The notes under the pieces were generated by a model that searched no databases, was not told the DNA's origin, and was given only the letters and a program-made list of their open reading frames with translations. Below are positions 24,992-34,182 of a DNA stretch of 64,000 nt, piece by piece; the stretch's first letter is position 1; each line of letters begins with the position of its first letter. Origin of the DNA: a virus; IMG/VR virus record IMGVR_UViG_3300035152_000011; one strand, 5' to 3'. The position numbers were made by a program, and so were the translations under genes.

Positions 24992-25034
24992 CGTCCAGAA
25001 GTGAGACGACTGGTGATGGGGAAAGATTCAGAAT

Positions 25035-25052
25035 TGATCGCCGCTGCGATCA
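25035..25052. promoter_or_regulatory. Operator palindrome TGATCGCCGCTGCGATCA (one mismatch).
   Basis: About 45 bp upstream (sense) of the 24985 hairpin, followed by TTTTTT on the plus strand. Confidence 0.5.
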
Positions 25053-25252
25053 TTTTTTCGCCTACGTGATTCCGGCTACTTACGTGGTTTCGATGTTGAG
25101 CTGCGCGACACGAGCCGGCAGCCGGTCGGCACCTGGCGCTGAGCGGCCCGCTGTGGGCCTCAGAGCGCTTCTGAGCGGCCTGGGCGCTGAGCCAGCAGCT
25201 CGGCAGGGGGCGAGCACTACGGGCCGTACAGAGGCTCTCAGCGGCTCCCACG

Positions 25253-25918
25253 CTAGTTCTCTCCCTTCCGGGCGTTGAGCAGCTCTCGGCGCAGCAGCGC
25301 GGCCCACGAGCCGGGCGGCGGCTTGGGGAGCTTCTCCAGATCGACGACCTCGATTCGACCCGGCGGAGCAGCGGCCAGGATCGACAGCTCGGTCCCGGTC
25401 GCCAGCGCATGAAGCAGCGGTGTCGTTGCCAGCTGCGGCGCCGTCTGCTCGCCCAGTTCGCGCTCACGGCTGCACTGCTCACAGCGGTTCCGAATCGCGA
25501 GGCCCGCGCACGCAGCACAATAGATTGCCTGGCTGATGCGTGCACCGGTCGTCTCGCCGTGCTCGTCGAGCAGCATGGCATCGCCGTCCTCGCACAGAGG
25601 CTCGCCGAGATCATCGCGCTCTTCATGCCACGAGACCTCGCAACCACAGGCGACGCATTCGATGAGGCCGCCTTGAGCCGCGAGCTGGCAGTTGTAGCAC
25701 CACTCGCAGCCAGAGAGCTGAGCGCGGGCCTCTGCAAGGGTCGGATGGCAGCACTCCGCGCCGTGGTCTTCACAGCGCGTGATCCATCGGTGCTCACACA
25801 CGCCTTCGGCGAGACTCAGCTCATACCCGTCGTAGATCGACACGGTCGTGCCGGTGACGCGCGAGACGCGCCGTTCGCGTAGTCCGGGTTCCGGGCCCTT
25901 GCCAGGTTTGAAACGCAT
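25253..25918 (-). CDS. Cys-rich hypothetical protein.
   Basis: 221 aa with many CxxC pairs (CEWCYNC, CVACGC, CAACAG, CEQCS). Confidence 0.45.
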   Translation of the reverse strand: MRFKPGKGPEPGLRERRVSRVTGTTVSIYDGYELSLAEGVCEHRWITRCEDHGAECCHPTLAEARAQLSGCEWCYNCQLAAQGGLIECVACGCEVSWHEERDDLGEPLCEDGDAMLLDEHGETTGARISQAIYCAACAGLAIRNRCEQCSRERELGEQTAPQLATTPLLHALATGTELSILAAAPPGRIEVVDLEKLPKPPPGSWAALLRRELLNARKGEN

Positions 25919-26021
25919 CAGTGATTGTCCTTTGTCGCGCTGGGAGTCCGCATGGCCTCCGGCCCGACCGGAGGCTCACTATAGCAGACGTGTATGACGG
26001 CTGATACTGACACGGAGAACG

Positions 26022-27356
26022 CTAGGAATCCTCGGGCTCTGAGAGCTGGTTACGGAGAGCGCCAACGATCTGCGACCAGAAGCCCTCGATGGTCGCGACA
26101 TGCGACTTGGCCCCGTCGGTGCCCGCGTGATGCGCGACCTCGTGCACGAGGATTTCGAGCGTCAGGTCGCGGTCCGCGAGGTCCCGCTTCGCGATAGCAA
26201 TGCGCCCGTCCTTGAATTGACCTTGCAGCGTCTCGCTGCGGAAGTCCACGACGTCCACGTCTTCGAGGCTACACTCAGTCACGGCCGCGATCAGCTCGAT
26301 AGCGCCGGTGAGGTGAGTGCGCTCGGTGCCGTCCAGCTCGTGCCACGAGTAGGTCTTGACGACTTCGCGCTTCAGCTCGGCCTTGACGGCCTCGACGCTG
26401 CCGATCTTACGGCTGACGATGACCCGCAACGGCTCGGGCGTGATGACGCCCTTTCGGCCGAGGTGCTCCAGGTCTTGGCACTCGCCCAGGTTCTCGCAGG
26501 GCACAGCGTCTTCGCCGTGCTCTTCGATAAAAGCCTCGGCGACGCCTTCGAGCGCCTCACGACGCATGTACGGCGCGCTGTATTGGGTCACGCCCGCAAG
26601 GTCGCGCGCGCCTGCATCGAGCAGGTTGTAATAAATCTTGAACAGCTCCGGGCGGCGGGCGACAGCCTCTTCCCAGATGCGGCGGTTGTTGGTCCGCTTG
26701 TCGAAGTCTTCGACCATGCGTCGGTCGCGGTCGTAGTCCGCGTTGCGGTAGTTGTATCCGTGCGTCAACGAGTCGTCGAACTGCACGAAGACGCCCTTGA
26801 TGAAGAGCTGGCCGCGGTAGCGCGAGGCGAGCAGGAGGTCACCGTTGTCCGTCTCGACGATCTCGCCCTTCTTTGGCTTGGCGAGGAACAGAAAGCGCGA
26901 GCGAATGGTCTCCCACTCCTCTTTATCTACGCCGTGGACCTCGACGCATACGCGGTCGCGGTGCTTGCGGCCGGTGAGAATCTCGAAGACTAGCACGCGT
27001 GCGCCGTCGAACTTGTCCGACTCCTCGATGCGCGGCACCCAGACCTCGCTGCCGGTACGGATTCGGACTTCGTAGCCCGCGCGGACGATTGCGAGGCATC
27101 CGATGGGGAGCCCCTCGCCCCACTTGCCGATCATGTCGGCGCGGTCGCGCTTCGAGCTGCGGCCCATCAAGATAGCGCTCTTGTCGAGCGTGCAGCCTGT
27201 GTTCTCGACGCGCAGTACGTCGCCCTTCCAGCGCACGACGAGCTTGGCGCCGAATTCGGTCTCGGCATCTTTCCCGTTCTGCACAACCTCGCGGATGCCT
27301 TCCTTGGCACCCCAGTGATCGACGTAAGGCTCTTCGATGGTGGTCTCGATCTTCAT
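26022..27356 (-). CDS. GHKL-type ATPase domain protein with a C-terminal HExxH motif.
   Basis: Bergerat N-box IREVVQNGKDAE, G1-like VENTGCTLD, G2-like IGKWGEGLPIG, and C-terminal ILVHEVAHHAGTDGAKSH. Confidence 0.5.
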   Translation of the reverse strand: MKIETTIEEPYVDHWGAKEGIREVVQNGKDAETEFGAKLVVRWKGDVLRVENTGCTLDKSAILMGRSSKRDRADMIGKWGEGLPIGCLAIVRAGYEVRIRTGSEVWVPRIEESDKFDGARVLVFEILTGRKHRDRVCVEVHGVDKEEWETIRSRFLFLAKPKKGEIVETDNGDLLLASRYRGQLFIKGVFVQFDDSLTHGYNYRNADYDRDRRMVEDFDKRTNNRRIWEEAVARRPELFKIYYNLLDAGARDLAGVTQYSAPYMRREALEGVAEAFIEEHGEDAVPCENLGECQDLEHLGRKGVITPEPLRVIVSRKIGSVEAVKAELKREVVKTYSWHELDGTERTHLTGAIELIAAVTECSLEDVDVVDFRSETLQGQFKDGRIAIAKRDLADRDLTLEILVHEVAHHAGTDGAKSHVATIEGFWSQIVGALRNQLSEPEDS

Positions 27357-27370
27357 TTGATTCTCCGTTC

Positions 27371-27383
27371 GCCCCTCGGGGCC
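27371..27383 (-). promoter_or_regulatory. GC hairpin GGCCCCGAGGGGC.
   Basis: Sense strand reads GGCCCCGAGGGGC-GAACGGAGAATCAA-ATG. Confidence 0.5.
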
Positions 27384-27590
27384 GTTAGCGTTCCTGTGCC
27401 TTGATGACGAACCGCTCCTCGGGCTCGCGCGCGTTGAGCTTCTCCGCGTCGCGCTCGATGGTGCCCAGGCCCGCGGCCACAGCGCGACCGAGGAAGTACC
27501 GTGGTTCCTACCTCCGCTATTCAGACGAACCGTATCAGGTCAGTCTGACAGTCCGTGGATCGATTTCCAGCTCGCGAGCCAACTTTCGAC

Positions 27591-27875
27591 CTATATACGG
27601 ATTCTTCCCGGGCCGAAGGGGTTGTTGATGACCAGCCGGAGGCCGGACTCCTCGGTGCCGCACTTGGTCAGCTTGACGAACTGCCGCGTGACCCGACGGG
27701 CCTCGGTCGTGATCTCGTACTCCGCACCGCAGCTCGGGCAGGTAGCAGTCTTACCGGCCGGACCGCCGACATCGATTGAGTGCCCGCACTGGAAGCAGTC
27801 CCAGGTGGTCGGGGAGACTTCGTCTTCATCGCCTACGCTGGGCTTGTAGGTGTTACTGTCGCTTGGAATGAACAT
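27591..27875 (-). CDS. Zinc-ribbon protein.
   Basis: CFQCGH...CPSCGAEY. Confidence 0.45.
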   Translation of the reverse strand: MFIPSDSNTYKPSVGDEDEVSPTTWDCFQCGHSIDVGGPAGKTATCPSCGAEYEITTEARRVTRQFVKLTKCGTEESGLRLVINNPFGPGRIRI

Positions 27876-27887
27876 GTGTTGTTGCTC

Positions 27888-28430
27888 CTAGATGGGGTTG
27901 TCGTTGATGACGTTCTCGGCCGCCTCGCGGCGCTCCTCTAGCCACTTCGTGCGCTGCTCGACGCGCTCCTCCTCACTGGCCTCCTCGTCCTCGTCCTCGT
28001 CGTCCAGCTCGCTGATGCAGTCGGCGACCTGCGAGGCCCAGTCGTCGAGCTGCTCGGATGCGCTCTCCAGCTCGGTGTGCTGCTCGGAGCCCTCGAAGTG
28101 CTCGCCCATGTTGTCGGCGGCCTCCTGGTAGTCATCCCGGATGCGCTCCAGCTCCTCCTGGAGGGTTTCCAGCAGGCTGCGGAGGTCGTCGATGCTCTGA
28201 CCGTCCCATTCGGCCAGCGAGTCCTGAGCGCCCTCCTGCGCGGCATAGACTTCGCCCAGCCGGCCGCTGGTCGTGTCGCTGGCGCGCAGCTCGCAGCCGA
28301 GGCAGAAGCAGCGCTTGGCCGAACGGTAGGCCTGGACCCACTTGTAGCCCTCGCCCGCTTCGATGGTGCGGCCACAGCGGCAGCAGCGCCCCGGCGACTT
28401 GCGGCTCTTGTTGACGGTGTTGATCCTCAT
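27888..28430 (-). CDS. Zinc-ribbon protein with an acidic C-terminal region.
   Basis: Internal Met MRINTVNKSRKSPGRCCRCG...CFCLGC; DDEDEDEEASEEE tail. Confidence 0.45.
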   Translation of the reverse strand: MRINTVNKSRKSPGRCCRCGRTIEAGEGYKWVQAYRSAKRCFCLGCELRASDTTSGRLGEVYAAQEGAQDSLAEWDGQSIDDLRSLLETLQEELERIRDDYQEAADNMGEHFEGSEQHTELESASEQLDDWASQVADCISELDDEDEDEEASEEERVEQRTKWLEERREAAENVINDNPI

Positions 28431-28470
28431 GTCTCTAGTCCTAACGGTGTGGTTGACGTGAATCTGAGAG

Positions 28471-29538
28471 CTACGCGACGCGAAGGTGAACCTTGCCGTC
28501 GCTGAGCCGACCGTGGTCACGCTGAGTGCGCTCGGCGCCCGCGTTGGCCTCGACGACATCGCCGATGATCGAGGCGAGGGTCTTGGTGGACTTGAACGAG
28601 CCGACCTTCTCTTCCAACTCGATGTACTCGGCGCCCAGCTCGGGGTTGTGCTTGGCGGCGATCTTCAGGTCTTCCTCGGCAGCGCAGATGCAGAAGCAGC
28701 AGGAGCAGCGGCTCATGCCAAGGTCGTAGCAGTAGTGGTACCGGGCGCCGCTCTGCGCAATCCGTGCCCAGACTTGGCTTACGGTCCAGTCGGCGATGGG
28801 GTACCACTTCGTGAGCTTGACCGAGCTGCTGTCGCGCACGACCTTGATGCAGAGTCCGTCGAACTTCTCCTCGCAGGCGCAGAGGCTCTTGCGGCGGCCG
28901 TCCGACTCGTCCTTGGTTAACCCAACGCAGTCGATGATCTTGACCTGGCGCTTGCTGCCCTCTTCGGCGCGGACTTCTTTCGCGAGAGCGGTCGCGAGCT
29001 TCGCGATCTGCGCGGTTTTGAAATCGCTCGTGCCGTTGCAGGTCCCGGTCTGGGGCCACGCGCGAGTGTTGTCACCGCGCTGGTCGAGCGTGTCGCGGCG
29101 GTCAACGACCCAATCCAAAAAGTTGGCGATCTGGTTGCCGCGCTTGGAGGTGACAGTCTGGCGCTTGACGACCTCGAAGCGAATGCCGTAGTGCGCGGCG
29201 TGCTCGCGGGCCAGCTCCTCCGTCCCGAGCCACTCGATGCGGCCGAGGTCGGCGTAGGCGGCGAGGAGGCGGTCGGTGATGCCGAGGGCTTTGCAGTAGG
29301 CATAAACGAGGTCGAGCTGGGCTTGGCTGTCCTTACCGCCCGAGATCGAGACGATGACGCGGTCGGCGTCCAACAGGTCGGGGATACGCCCGGCGGCGAT
29401 GTCCGCGAGCGCGCTCTTGCGGGTGATCTTCTTGCAGGAAACGGCCTGGTCGGCCTTAGTGAAGTGCTGCGAGGTCTTGCGGGCGCGCTCGGCGTCGCGC
29501 TTGCTGATCTTGTTTGACTTGCTGCTCTTCCTGGCCAT
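28471..29538 (-). CDS. PAPS reductase-like / PP-loop ATP pyrophosphatase family protein.
   Basis: PP-loop VIVSISGGKDSQAQLDLV and a C-terminal Cys cluster CSCCFCIC. Start at MARKSS after the hairpin+RBS. Confidence 0.6.
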   Translation of the reverse strand: MARKSSKSNKISKRDAERARKTSQHFTKADQAVSCKKITRKSALADIAAGRIPDLLDADRVIVSISGGKDSQAQLDLVYAYCKALGITDRLLAAYADLGRIEWLGTEELAREHAAHYGIRFEVVKRQTVTSKRGNQIANFLDWVVDRRDTLDQRGDNTRAWPQTGTCNGTSDFKTAQIAKLATALAKEVRAEEGSKRQVKIIDCVGLTKDESDGRRKSLCACEEKFDGLCIKVVRDSSSVKLTKWYPIADWTVSQVWARIAQSGARYHYCYDLGMSRCSCCFCICAAEEDLKIAAKHNPELGAEYIELEEKVGSFKSTKTLASIIGDVVEANAGAERTQRDHGRLSDGKVHLRVA

Positions 29539-29554
29539 CGACTCGCGTCTCCTT

Positions 29555-29568
29555 GTCCCCTCGGGGAC
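29555..29568 (-). promoter_or_regulatory. GC hairpin variant GGTCCCCGAGGGGACC (compensatory change keeps the palindrome).
   Basis: Sense strand reads GGTCCCCGAGGGGAC-AAGGAG-ACGCGAGTCG-ATG. Confidence 0.55.
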
Positions 29569-29613
29569 CAATCGCCTTCAGAAACTAAGACGTCGGGCGC
29601 ACCCCGGAAATTC

Positions 29614-29629
29614 GATCACAGGTGCGATC
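29614..29629. promoter_or_regulatory. Operator-family site GATCACAGGTGCGATC.
   Basis: Preceded by GGAAATTC and followed by TTTTT on the plus strand; same module layout as the other promoters. Confidence 0.45.
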
Positions 29630-29664
29630 TTTTTCATCGGACAAGGGTTTCGGGCAGTTAGCTG

Positions 29665-30060
29665 TCATTTATGTCGGAGTTTGGCCTCCACAATCATGGT
29701 GCAGGTGCCGCAGAGGGTCCGGCCGTCGAGCTGGCGGGTTTCCCCGCGGTAGGGCCGGCCGGTGCAGCGGTCGCATTGGACGCGCTCCAGCGAGCCGTAG
29801 TGGGCGTGGAGCCTGGCGAGCTGCTTAGCGTCCCGTAGCCGAGCTGCGTTGTTGTCGTGCGCCTCGTCGGCTACCAGAGCCCATTCCTCATCGCCGCCGA
29901 CGTAGACCTCAACCGACCAGCAGCTCGGTCGAGGCTTGCGCGCGCCGAGGCCGAGCTGGATCGACGTGTAGCCGAGCACGAGCCGGTAGCGTCGTCCAGA
30001 GTTGCGGTCGTGCGCGACGTAGTTGCCGTCGCCGGCTCGATGCCATCGCAGCTCACGCAT
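29665..30060 (-). CDS. Hypothetical Cys-containing protein.
   Basis: Internal Met MRELRWHRAG...; C-terminal CDRCTG...CGTC. Confidence 0.4.
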   Translation of the reverse strand: MRELRWHRAGDGNYVAHDRNSGRRYRLVLGYTSIQLGLGARKPRPSCWSVEVYVGGDEEWALVADEAHDNNAARLRDAKQLARLHAHYGSLERVQCDRCTGRPYRGETRQLDGRTLCGTCTMIVEAKLRHK

Positions 30061-30311
30061 TACGGTGCTCCTTGCAGGCAGGTTGTGCAGGTCGCCTCGC
30101 CGTCTTCGTCCACGTCGCAACAGTCCGGGCACACTGGATCGCCGCAGCGAACGCAGTCGAGCCAGAACCAGTCGTCGGGATCGCGAGTCGCCTTGAAGAG
30201 TGGCGTCAGGCGAGCGCCGCACTCGACGCAGTGCTGGACCGCAGAGACGCGTGGGCGCCCCTTGCGGTCCGGCTTGCGATAGTTCCAGCTCACGCGTACT
30301 CCTTCGCGCAC
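30060..30311 (-). CDS. Small Cys-rich protein.
   Basis: CVECG...CVRCGDPVCPDCCDVDEDGEATCTTC. Confidence 0.4.
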   Translation of the reverse strand: MREGVRVSWNYRKPDRKGRPRVSAVQHCVECGARLTPLFKATRDPDDWFWLDCVRCGDPVCPDCCDVDEDGEATCTTCLQGAP

Positions 30312-30538
30312 TCGTCGCAGAACGCGTTGCCGGGATCGGCATCAGGCGTCGGCTCGAAGTCACAACCGCACGCGGCGCAGGTCCATCGCTCCGGCCCGAA
30401 GCAGTCGAGCTGGATCTGGATCTTCTCTTCGACGCTCATGGCGTCGAATTCGGCTTCGGTATATTGCGCGCTCGGGTCCACGTACTCCGCCCAGAGGGCG
30501 AAGTTGTTAGCGCACTGTTTGTGGGTTGGGCTGTTCAT
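30290..30538 (-). CDS. Small Cys-rich protein.
   Basis: MNSPTHKQCANN...CAACGCDF...CDECA. Confidence 0.4.
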   Translation of the reverse strand: MNSPTHKQCANNFALWAEYVDPSAQYTEAEFDAMSVEEKIQIQLDCFGPERWTCAACGCDFEPTPDADPGNAFCDECAKEYA

Positions 30539-30564
30539 CTTTATGCTCCGTGTCTTGTAACGCC

Positions 30565-31767
30565 TTACGCGAGGCCAACAGCGAGTTGAAGGGTCTTGCG
30601 GTCGTCCGCGGGGCCCTCGAAATTCGGGCAGCCAAGCACCTCGGCCGCGATCTTGAGGGAGAAGGTCAGGCGGCGCTTGCCGTCCGACTCGAACGACGGC
30701 GCCTTGTCGGTGCCGACCAGCCGACGGATGAGGCAGGCATCGATCTGGATCATGCAACCAGGAGCCGCCTCATGCACCTGCGAGAGGAAGTCGCAGATGA
30801 GCCGACCACCGGAACCGAGGCCGAGCAGGTGAAGCCGACGGGGCTGAACCTCACGAGCGAATTCCGCAGCCTGCTCCGGCAGAGTCGCGGCCTTCTTGCA
30901 TGGCAGCGCCGGAATCCAGTCGCAGTCGGGACCGAGCAGCTCGGCGACCTTCGCGTGAAACTGGCCCTGCGAGAGCGCACCGCGCTGCATCGGGACGAGC
31001 ACCCGCGCGCCGAGAGCCGCGATGCGACGAAGCTGCGGGACATGCGCCGAGAGCCGCTCCAGAGTCTCAGCCTGGAAGCCCACCTTGTCGGGGGCAACGC
31101 AGTGAAGCTGGTCGCCAAGCGAGCGAGCCAGCCGCTCGTAGCAGTCAAGTAGGCGCGGCCAGTAGTCGTCCGAGATCGGCTTTACTACGACCGGGCCGGG
31201 GCGGAAATCAACCTCGGAGAACGCGCCCGAGTCGATGAACACTTGAATGTCGGTGCCGGCGAGCGCTTCCAGCTCGCGGATGCTCTTCTCGCTGATGTTC
31301 GGGAACGCAACACCAACGTCGTGACCGGCGACCGCCAGGCCGCGGATGTCACCGACGCAGTTCGAGCCGCTCGCGAAGTGAGCAACCGGCTCGACCGGCA
31401 GCTCGACGCGCTCGTTGAGGTAGTCACCGAGCTTCGACTGACGGAAGCGCTCCAGGCACTTCGCGAATGGCCGCGCAAGGCGCTTCAGGAGAGTCGGCCG
31501 AGTACCGCACCGCACGCTGAAACCAAGCGAACGGAGGACCCGAACCGCATGAGCGGCACCACCGGAGAATTCCCGCGCCGACAGACCAGCTGCCACGCCG
31601 AGTACCGCCTTCGACGGGTACGAGCGGTCGTGGTAGCGCAGCTGGTAGGTCTTGGCGGCCGCGTAACCGTAGCGGGCCAGGAACGACTCCAGGCCGAGCT
31701 GGTCGCATTCGGAAATGGCGGCCAAGACATCGAGTCGGCTTACATCTTGCGGAATTCGGTGGGCCAT
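30565..31767 (-). CDS. Hypothetical protein with a TGT/DpdA-like C-terminal region (possible DNA-guanine transglycosylase).
   Basis: VFIDSGAFSEV resembles the TGT substrate-pocket motif DSGGFQ, and HLLGLGSGGR resembles the TGT LxGVG region; the N-terminal ~100 aa is a separate domain. Tentative. Confidence 0.35.
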   Translation of the reverse strand: MAHRIPQDVSRLDVLAAISECDQLGLESFLARYGYAAAKTYQLRYHDRSYPSKAVLGVAAGLSAREFSGGAAHAVRVLRSLGFSVRCGTRPTLLKRLARPFAKCLERFRQSKLGDYLNERVELPVEPVAHFASGSNCVGDIRGLAVAGHDVGVAFPNISEKSIRELEALAGTDIQVFIDSGAFSEVDFRPGPVVVKPISDDYWPRLLDCYERLARSLGDQLHCVAPDKVGFQAETLERLSAHVPQLRRIAALGARVLVPMQRGALSQGQFHAKVAELLGPDCDWIPALPCKKAATLPEQAAEFAREVQPRRLHLLGLGSGGRLICDFLSQVHEAAPGCMIQIDACLIRRLVGTDKAPSFESDGKRRLTFSLKIAAEVLGCPNFEGPADDRKTLQLAVGLA

Positions 31768-31778
31768 CTGCTCTCCTC

Positions 31779-31792
31779 GTCCCCTCGGGGAC
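31779..31792 (-). promoter_or_regulatory. GC hairpin variant GGTCCCCGAGGGGAC.
   Basis: Sense strand reads GGGTCCCCGAGGGGAC-GAGGAG-AGCAG-ATG. Confidence 0.55.
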
Positions 31793-31848
31793 CCAGGTGC
31801 GCTATTTGCGCGTTCAGAAGGTCAGACGAATCCGGGCCGCAGAAATTC

Positions 31849-31864
31849 GATCACAGGAGCGATC
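31849..31864. promoter_or_regulatory. Operator-family site GATCACAGGAGCGATC.
   Basis: Flanked by GAAATTC and TTTTTT exactly as at 29614. Confidence 0.45.
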
Positions 31865-31892
31865 TTTTTTCTACTCCAATGATTTCAAGCGG

Positions 31893-32459
31893 TTATACGC
31901 CACAAATGTCGAATATCACCTGGTTGCGGACGTTGGGGACGCTCAGGGCGGCCACCAGGGCGTCACGCCGGTCGGGATCAGCGGCCGCAGCCCGTAGGGC
32001 CCGGCGCCTGCCGTCGATGGGGATCGGTAACTGGGCGATCCGCTCGGCCCAGGCCAGGACCCAACGCTCCGGCCGGCCGACGCAGTGGTAGTCAGTCGGG
32101 TACTCGTCGAGGTCGGGGTAGGGCCCGCGGTAGATGTGGTCGGTCTTCGCAGTGCGCGCCAGGCCGAGCTGGCGTGGCAGCTGCCAACGTGACTGCTGCC
32201 GGACGTAGCCAGCCGCGAGCAGCGCTTCAGCTCGTGCGTCGATGCGCAGCCGCTCGAATGCGTAGTGGAGGATCTTGTCGCCGCACGCGACGTGCTCTTC
32301 CAGGTGCGCGATCATCTCGGCCGCGGTCGCGGTGTAGACGCTGCCGTACTTCTCGGCGAAGTGCCGCGACAACAGCCCGCAGCCGCAGCATTCGAGCTTG
32401 CCGTCGAGCGTGCCGATCACGTACGCATCGGAATGCTTGCTCCAACGGCAGTAGCTCAC
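31893..32459 (-). CDS. Hypothetical protein (Cys/His-containing).
   Basis: 188 aa. Confidence 0.45.
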   Translation of the reverse strand: MSYCRWSKHSDAYVIGTLDGKLECCGCGLLSRHFAEKYGSVYTATAAEMIAHLEEHVACGDKILHYAFERLRIDARAEALLAAGYVRQQSRWQLPRQLGLARTAKTDHIYRGPYPDLDEYPTDYHCVGRPERWVLAWAERIAQLPIPIDGRRRALRAAAADPDRRDALVAALSVPNVRNQVIFDICGV

Positions 32460-32462
32460 AGC

Positions 32463-32678
32463 TCACCAGGTGTTCGGCCGCGCACGAAACTCAGCTTCGT
32501 CCTCGACCTCTTCGATGGTCTTGTCGTCGTAGGGATCAGCCTTCTTGCCTGCGTGCTCTGCTTCCTCGCGACTATCAAAGAGCGCGGCCTCGACGTGACT
32601 CACGGTCCAGCGGCCATTCGTCGAGAGGTAGACGATGGTCTGGTCGGCGCCGGACAACACAGCGTACTTAGGGGACAT
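32463..32678 (-). CDS. Small acidic hypothetical protein.
   Basis: 71 aa. Confidence 0.4.
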   Translation of the reverse strand: MSPKYAVLSGADQTIVYLSTNGRWTVSHVEAALFDSREEAEHAGKKADPYDDKTIEEVEDEAEFRARPNTW

Positions 32679-33162
32679 AGCACGGTCCTATCTGCTGGCG
32701 TAGGAAGTCGGTCACGCCATCGGCTTCGGCGGCGGCTTTCACTGCGTCGGCGAAATCTGGGTCATCGTGCGCGCGTTCGAGCGCTTTCGTTCGTTGATCG
32801 TCTGACAACAGAGACTCGCCTGCGATGATGGCGTAGACGCGAGGGACGCAGGCGCGATGACGTGCGATCACACCGTCGAAGCTAACGATGTGGTCAATGA
32901 AAATTGAGAGCTGGCCGAGCGTGACGCGCTCACGCATCCCACGACCGAGTGGATATAGGTCTTGGTCGCGCATCGTGCGTGCAATCGCCTCGTGGCGTGC
33001 ATAGTGCTCGTCGATGTCACGGGTCTTCTCTTCACAGACATTGCAGAAGAGAACACCGCGGTGCGCAACCCCGCGGGCGGGACTGTAGAGTGACCGATAC
33101 CAGTGATCGTGGGTGTGATCGAGTAGCAGGTCGAGCCAGTGATCGATCTCCTTGTGAGTCAT
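32668..33162 (-). CDS. Hypothetical protein; tandem paralog of 33159..33641.
   Basis: MTHKEIDHWLDLL...HRGVLFCNVCEEK versus MTTKEIGEYLLML...HCFVCHQLFDD. Confidence 0.45.
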   Translation of the reverse strand: MTHKEIDHWLDLLLDHTHDHWYRSLYSPARGVAHRGVLFCNVCEEKTRDIDEHYARHEAIARTMRDQDLYPLGRGMRERVTLGQLSIFIDHIVSFDGVIARHRACVPRVYAIIAGESLLSDDQRTKALERAHDDPDFADAVKAAAEADGVTDFLRQQIGPCYVP

Positions 33163-33641
33163 GGCTCGTCACTCCGGTACTGCTGCTCGATGAACACCGC
33201 GACGCCGCCACGGAGCACCGCTGCGGCGCACACAGCATCACCAAAACCGTCATCGTCATGCCAGAGCCGATTGAAGGCCCAGCGCAGGTGTTGGAAGCTC
33301 AACGCACCGGTAAGGACGAGCGCAAACGGACGTGGAATGCAACGCATGTCTCCCACGACTACCGTATCGTCGTTGCCGAGGTCCGCGTCGCGGAGAAGTT
33401 GTTGCATCGACGGTGTAAGTGGAACAAGGTCGTCGTCGCGAATCACTTCAGCGTGAGCACGATGCACTTCACAGTGTGCTTGCACGTCATCAAAGAGCTG
33501 GTGACAGACGAAGCAGTGGTACGCAGGTGCGGACCGAGCAACAGGTCTGAAGCGAGCGCACTGTGTGTACCAACGCTCCGTCCCCGGCATGCGGACACTA
33601 GCCAGCATGAGCAGATACTCGCCGATCTCCTTGGTCGTCAT
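33159..33641 (-). CDS. Hypothetical protein; tandem paralog of 32668..33162.
   Basis: See 32668..33162. Confidence 0.45.
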   Translation of the reverse strand: MTTKEIGEYLLMLASVRMPGTERWYTQCARFRPVARSAPAYHCFVCHQLFDDVQAHCEVHRAHAEVIRDDDLVPLTPSMQQLLRDADLGNDDTVVVGDMRCIPRPFALVLTGALSFQHLRWAFNRLWHDDDGFGDAVCAAAVLRGGVAVFIEQQYRSDEP

Positions 33642-33804
33642 AGCGCCTGGAACCGCGAAGCCAGCAAGTCGCCGACCCGCTCTAGGAGCCGTTTCACGTC
33701 CGCGTACTCCGGGTCACCGATGTCCAGCATTGAGCACCTCGCCATCAAGGCGTCCCATACGAGCCCCAGCTCGTCGAACGATAGGAGCAACAGAGTCGCA
33801 TCAT

Positions 33805-34182
33805 CTACTCGCACGCCTTGCTCGGAAGTAGCAGCCAGTGGTTTGGGTTACCGGAGGTCGTGAACCGAACGAACGTGAATGCTCGCTTGCCGATCTCAAC
33901 CTTGAGTGTCTCGCCATCGACCCACTTGATCAACTTCAGCGTGCCGCGCTCGCGCAGTTCGACGGTGCCAGCACCGCCGTGGCCTTCCTCGATGACGCCC
34001 TCGAAGTCCATGTAGCCCAGCTCGTGGTCTTGGACACGGATTGCGAGCACGGGCCGTGGGTGCTTCTTCATCCCCTTCGGGATGCAGAACGACACGGCGA
34101 TGCCACCATCCTCGAACCGGAAGTCGTCATGCGGCCCGGCGCGCTTCGCAACGTGGTGCTGGATGCAGTACTCACGATTCAT
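33805..34182 (-). CDS. LigD-type 3'-phosphoesterase (PE) domain protein.
   Basis: HHVAKRAGPHDDFRFE...SFCIPKGM...VQDHELGYMDFEGVIEEGHGGAGTVELRERG matches the LigD PE signature (HxHxxxxxHYDxRLE, SWAVPKGP, EDHPLDYxDFEG...GHYGAG). Confidence 0.8.
   Translation of the reverse strand: MNREYCIQHHVAKRAGPHDDFRFEDGGIAVSFCIPKGMKKHPRPVLAIRVQDHELGYMDFEGVIEEGHGGAGTVELRERGTLKLIKWVDGETLKVEIGKRAFTFVRFTTSGNPNHWLLLPSKACE

Noticed and set aside
25035-25058. Reading the operator palindromes followed by T-runs on the plus strand (25035, 29614, 31849, 50841) as plus-strand intrinsic terminators.
   Set aside because: Almost all genes are on the minus strand, where these sites are followed by no U-run, and the same palindrome occurs without T-runs at 445, 1806, 3708 and 11248. 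A protein-binding operator explains all copies; weak antisense termination is possible but secondary.
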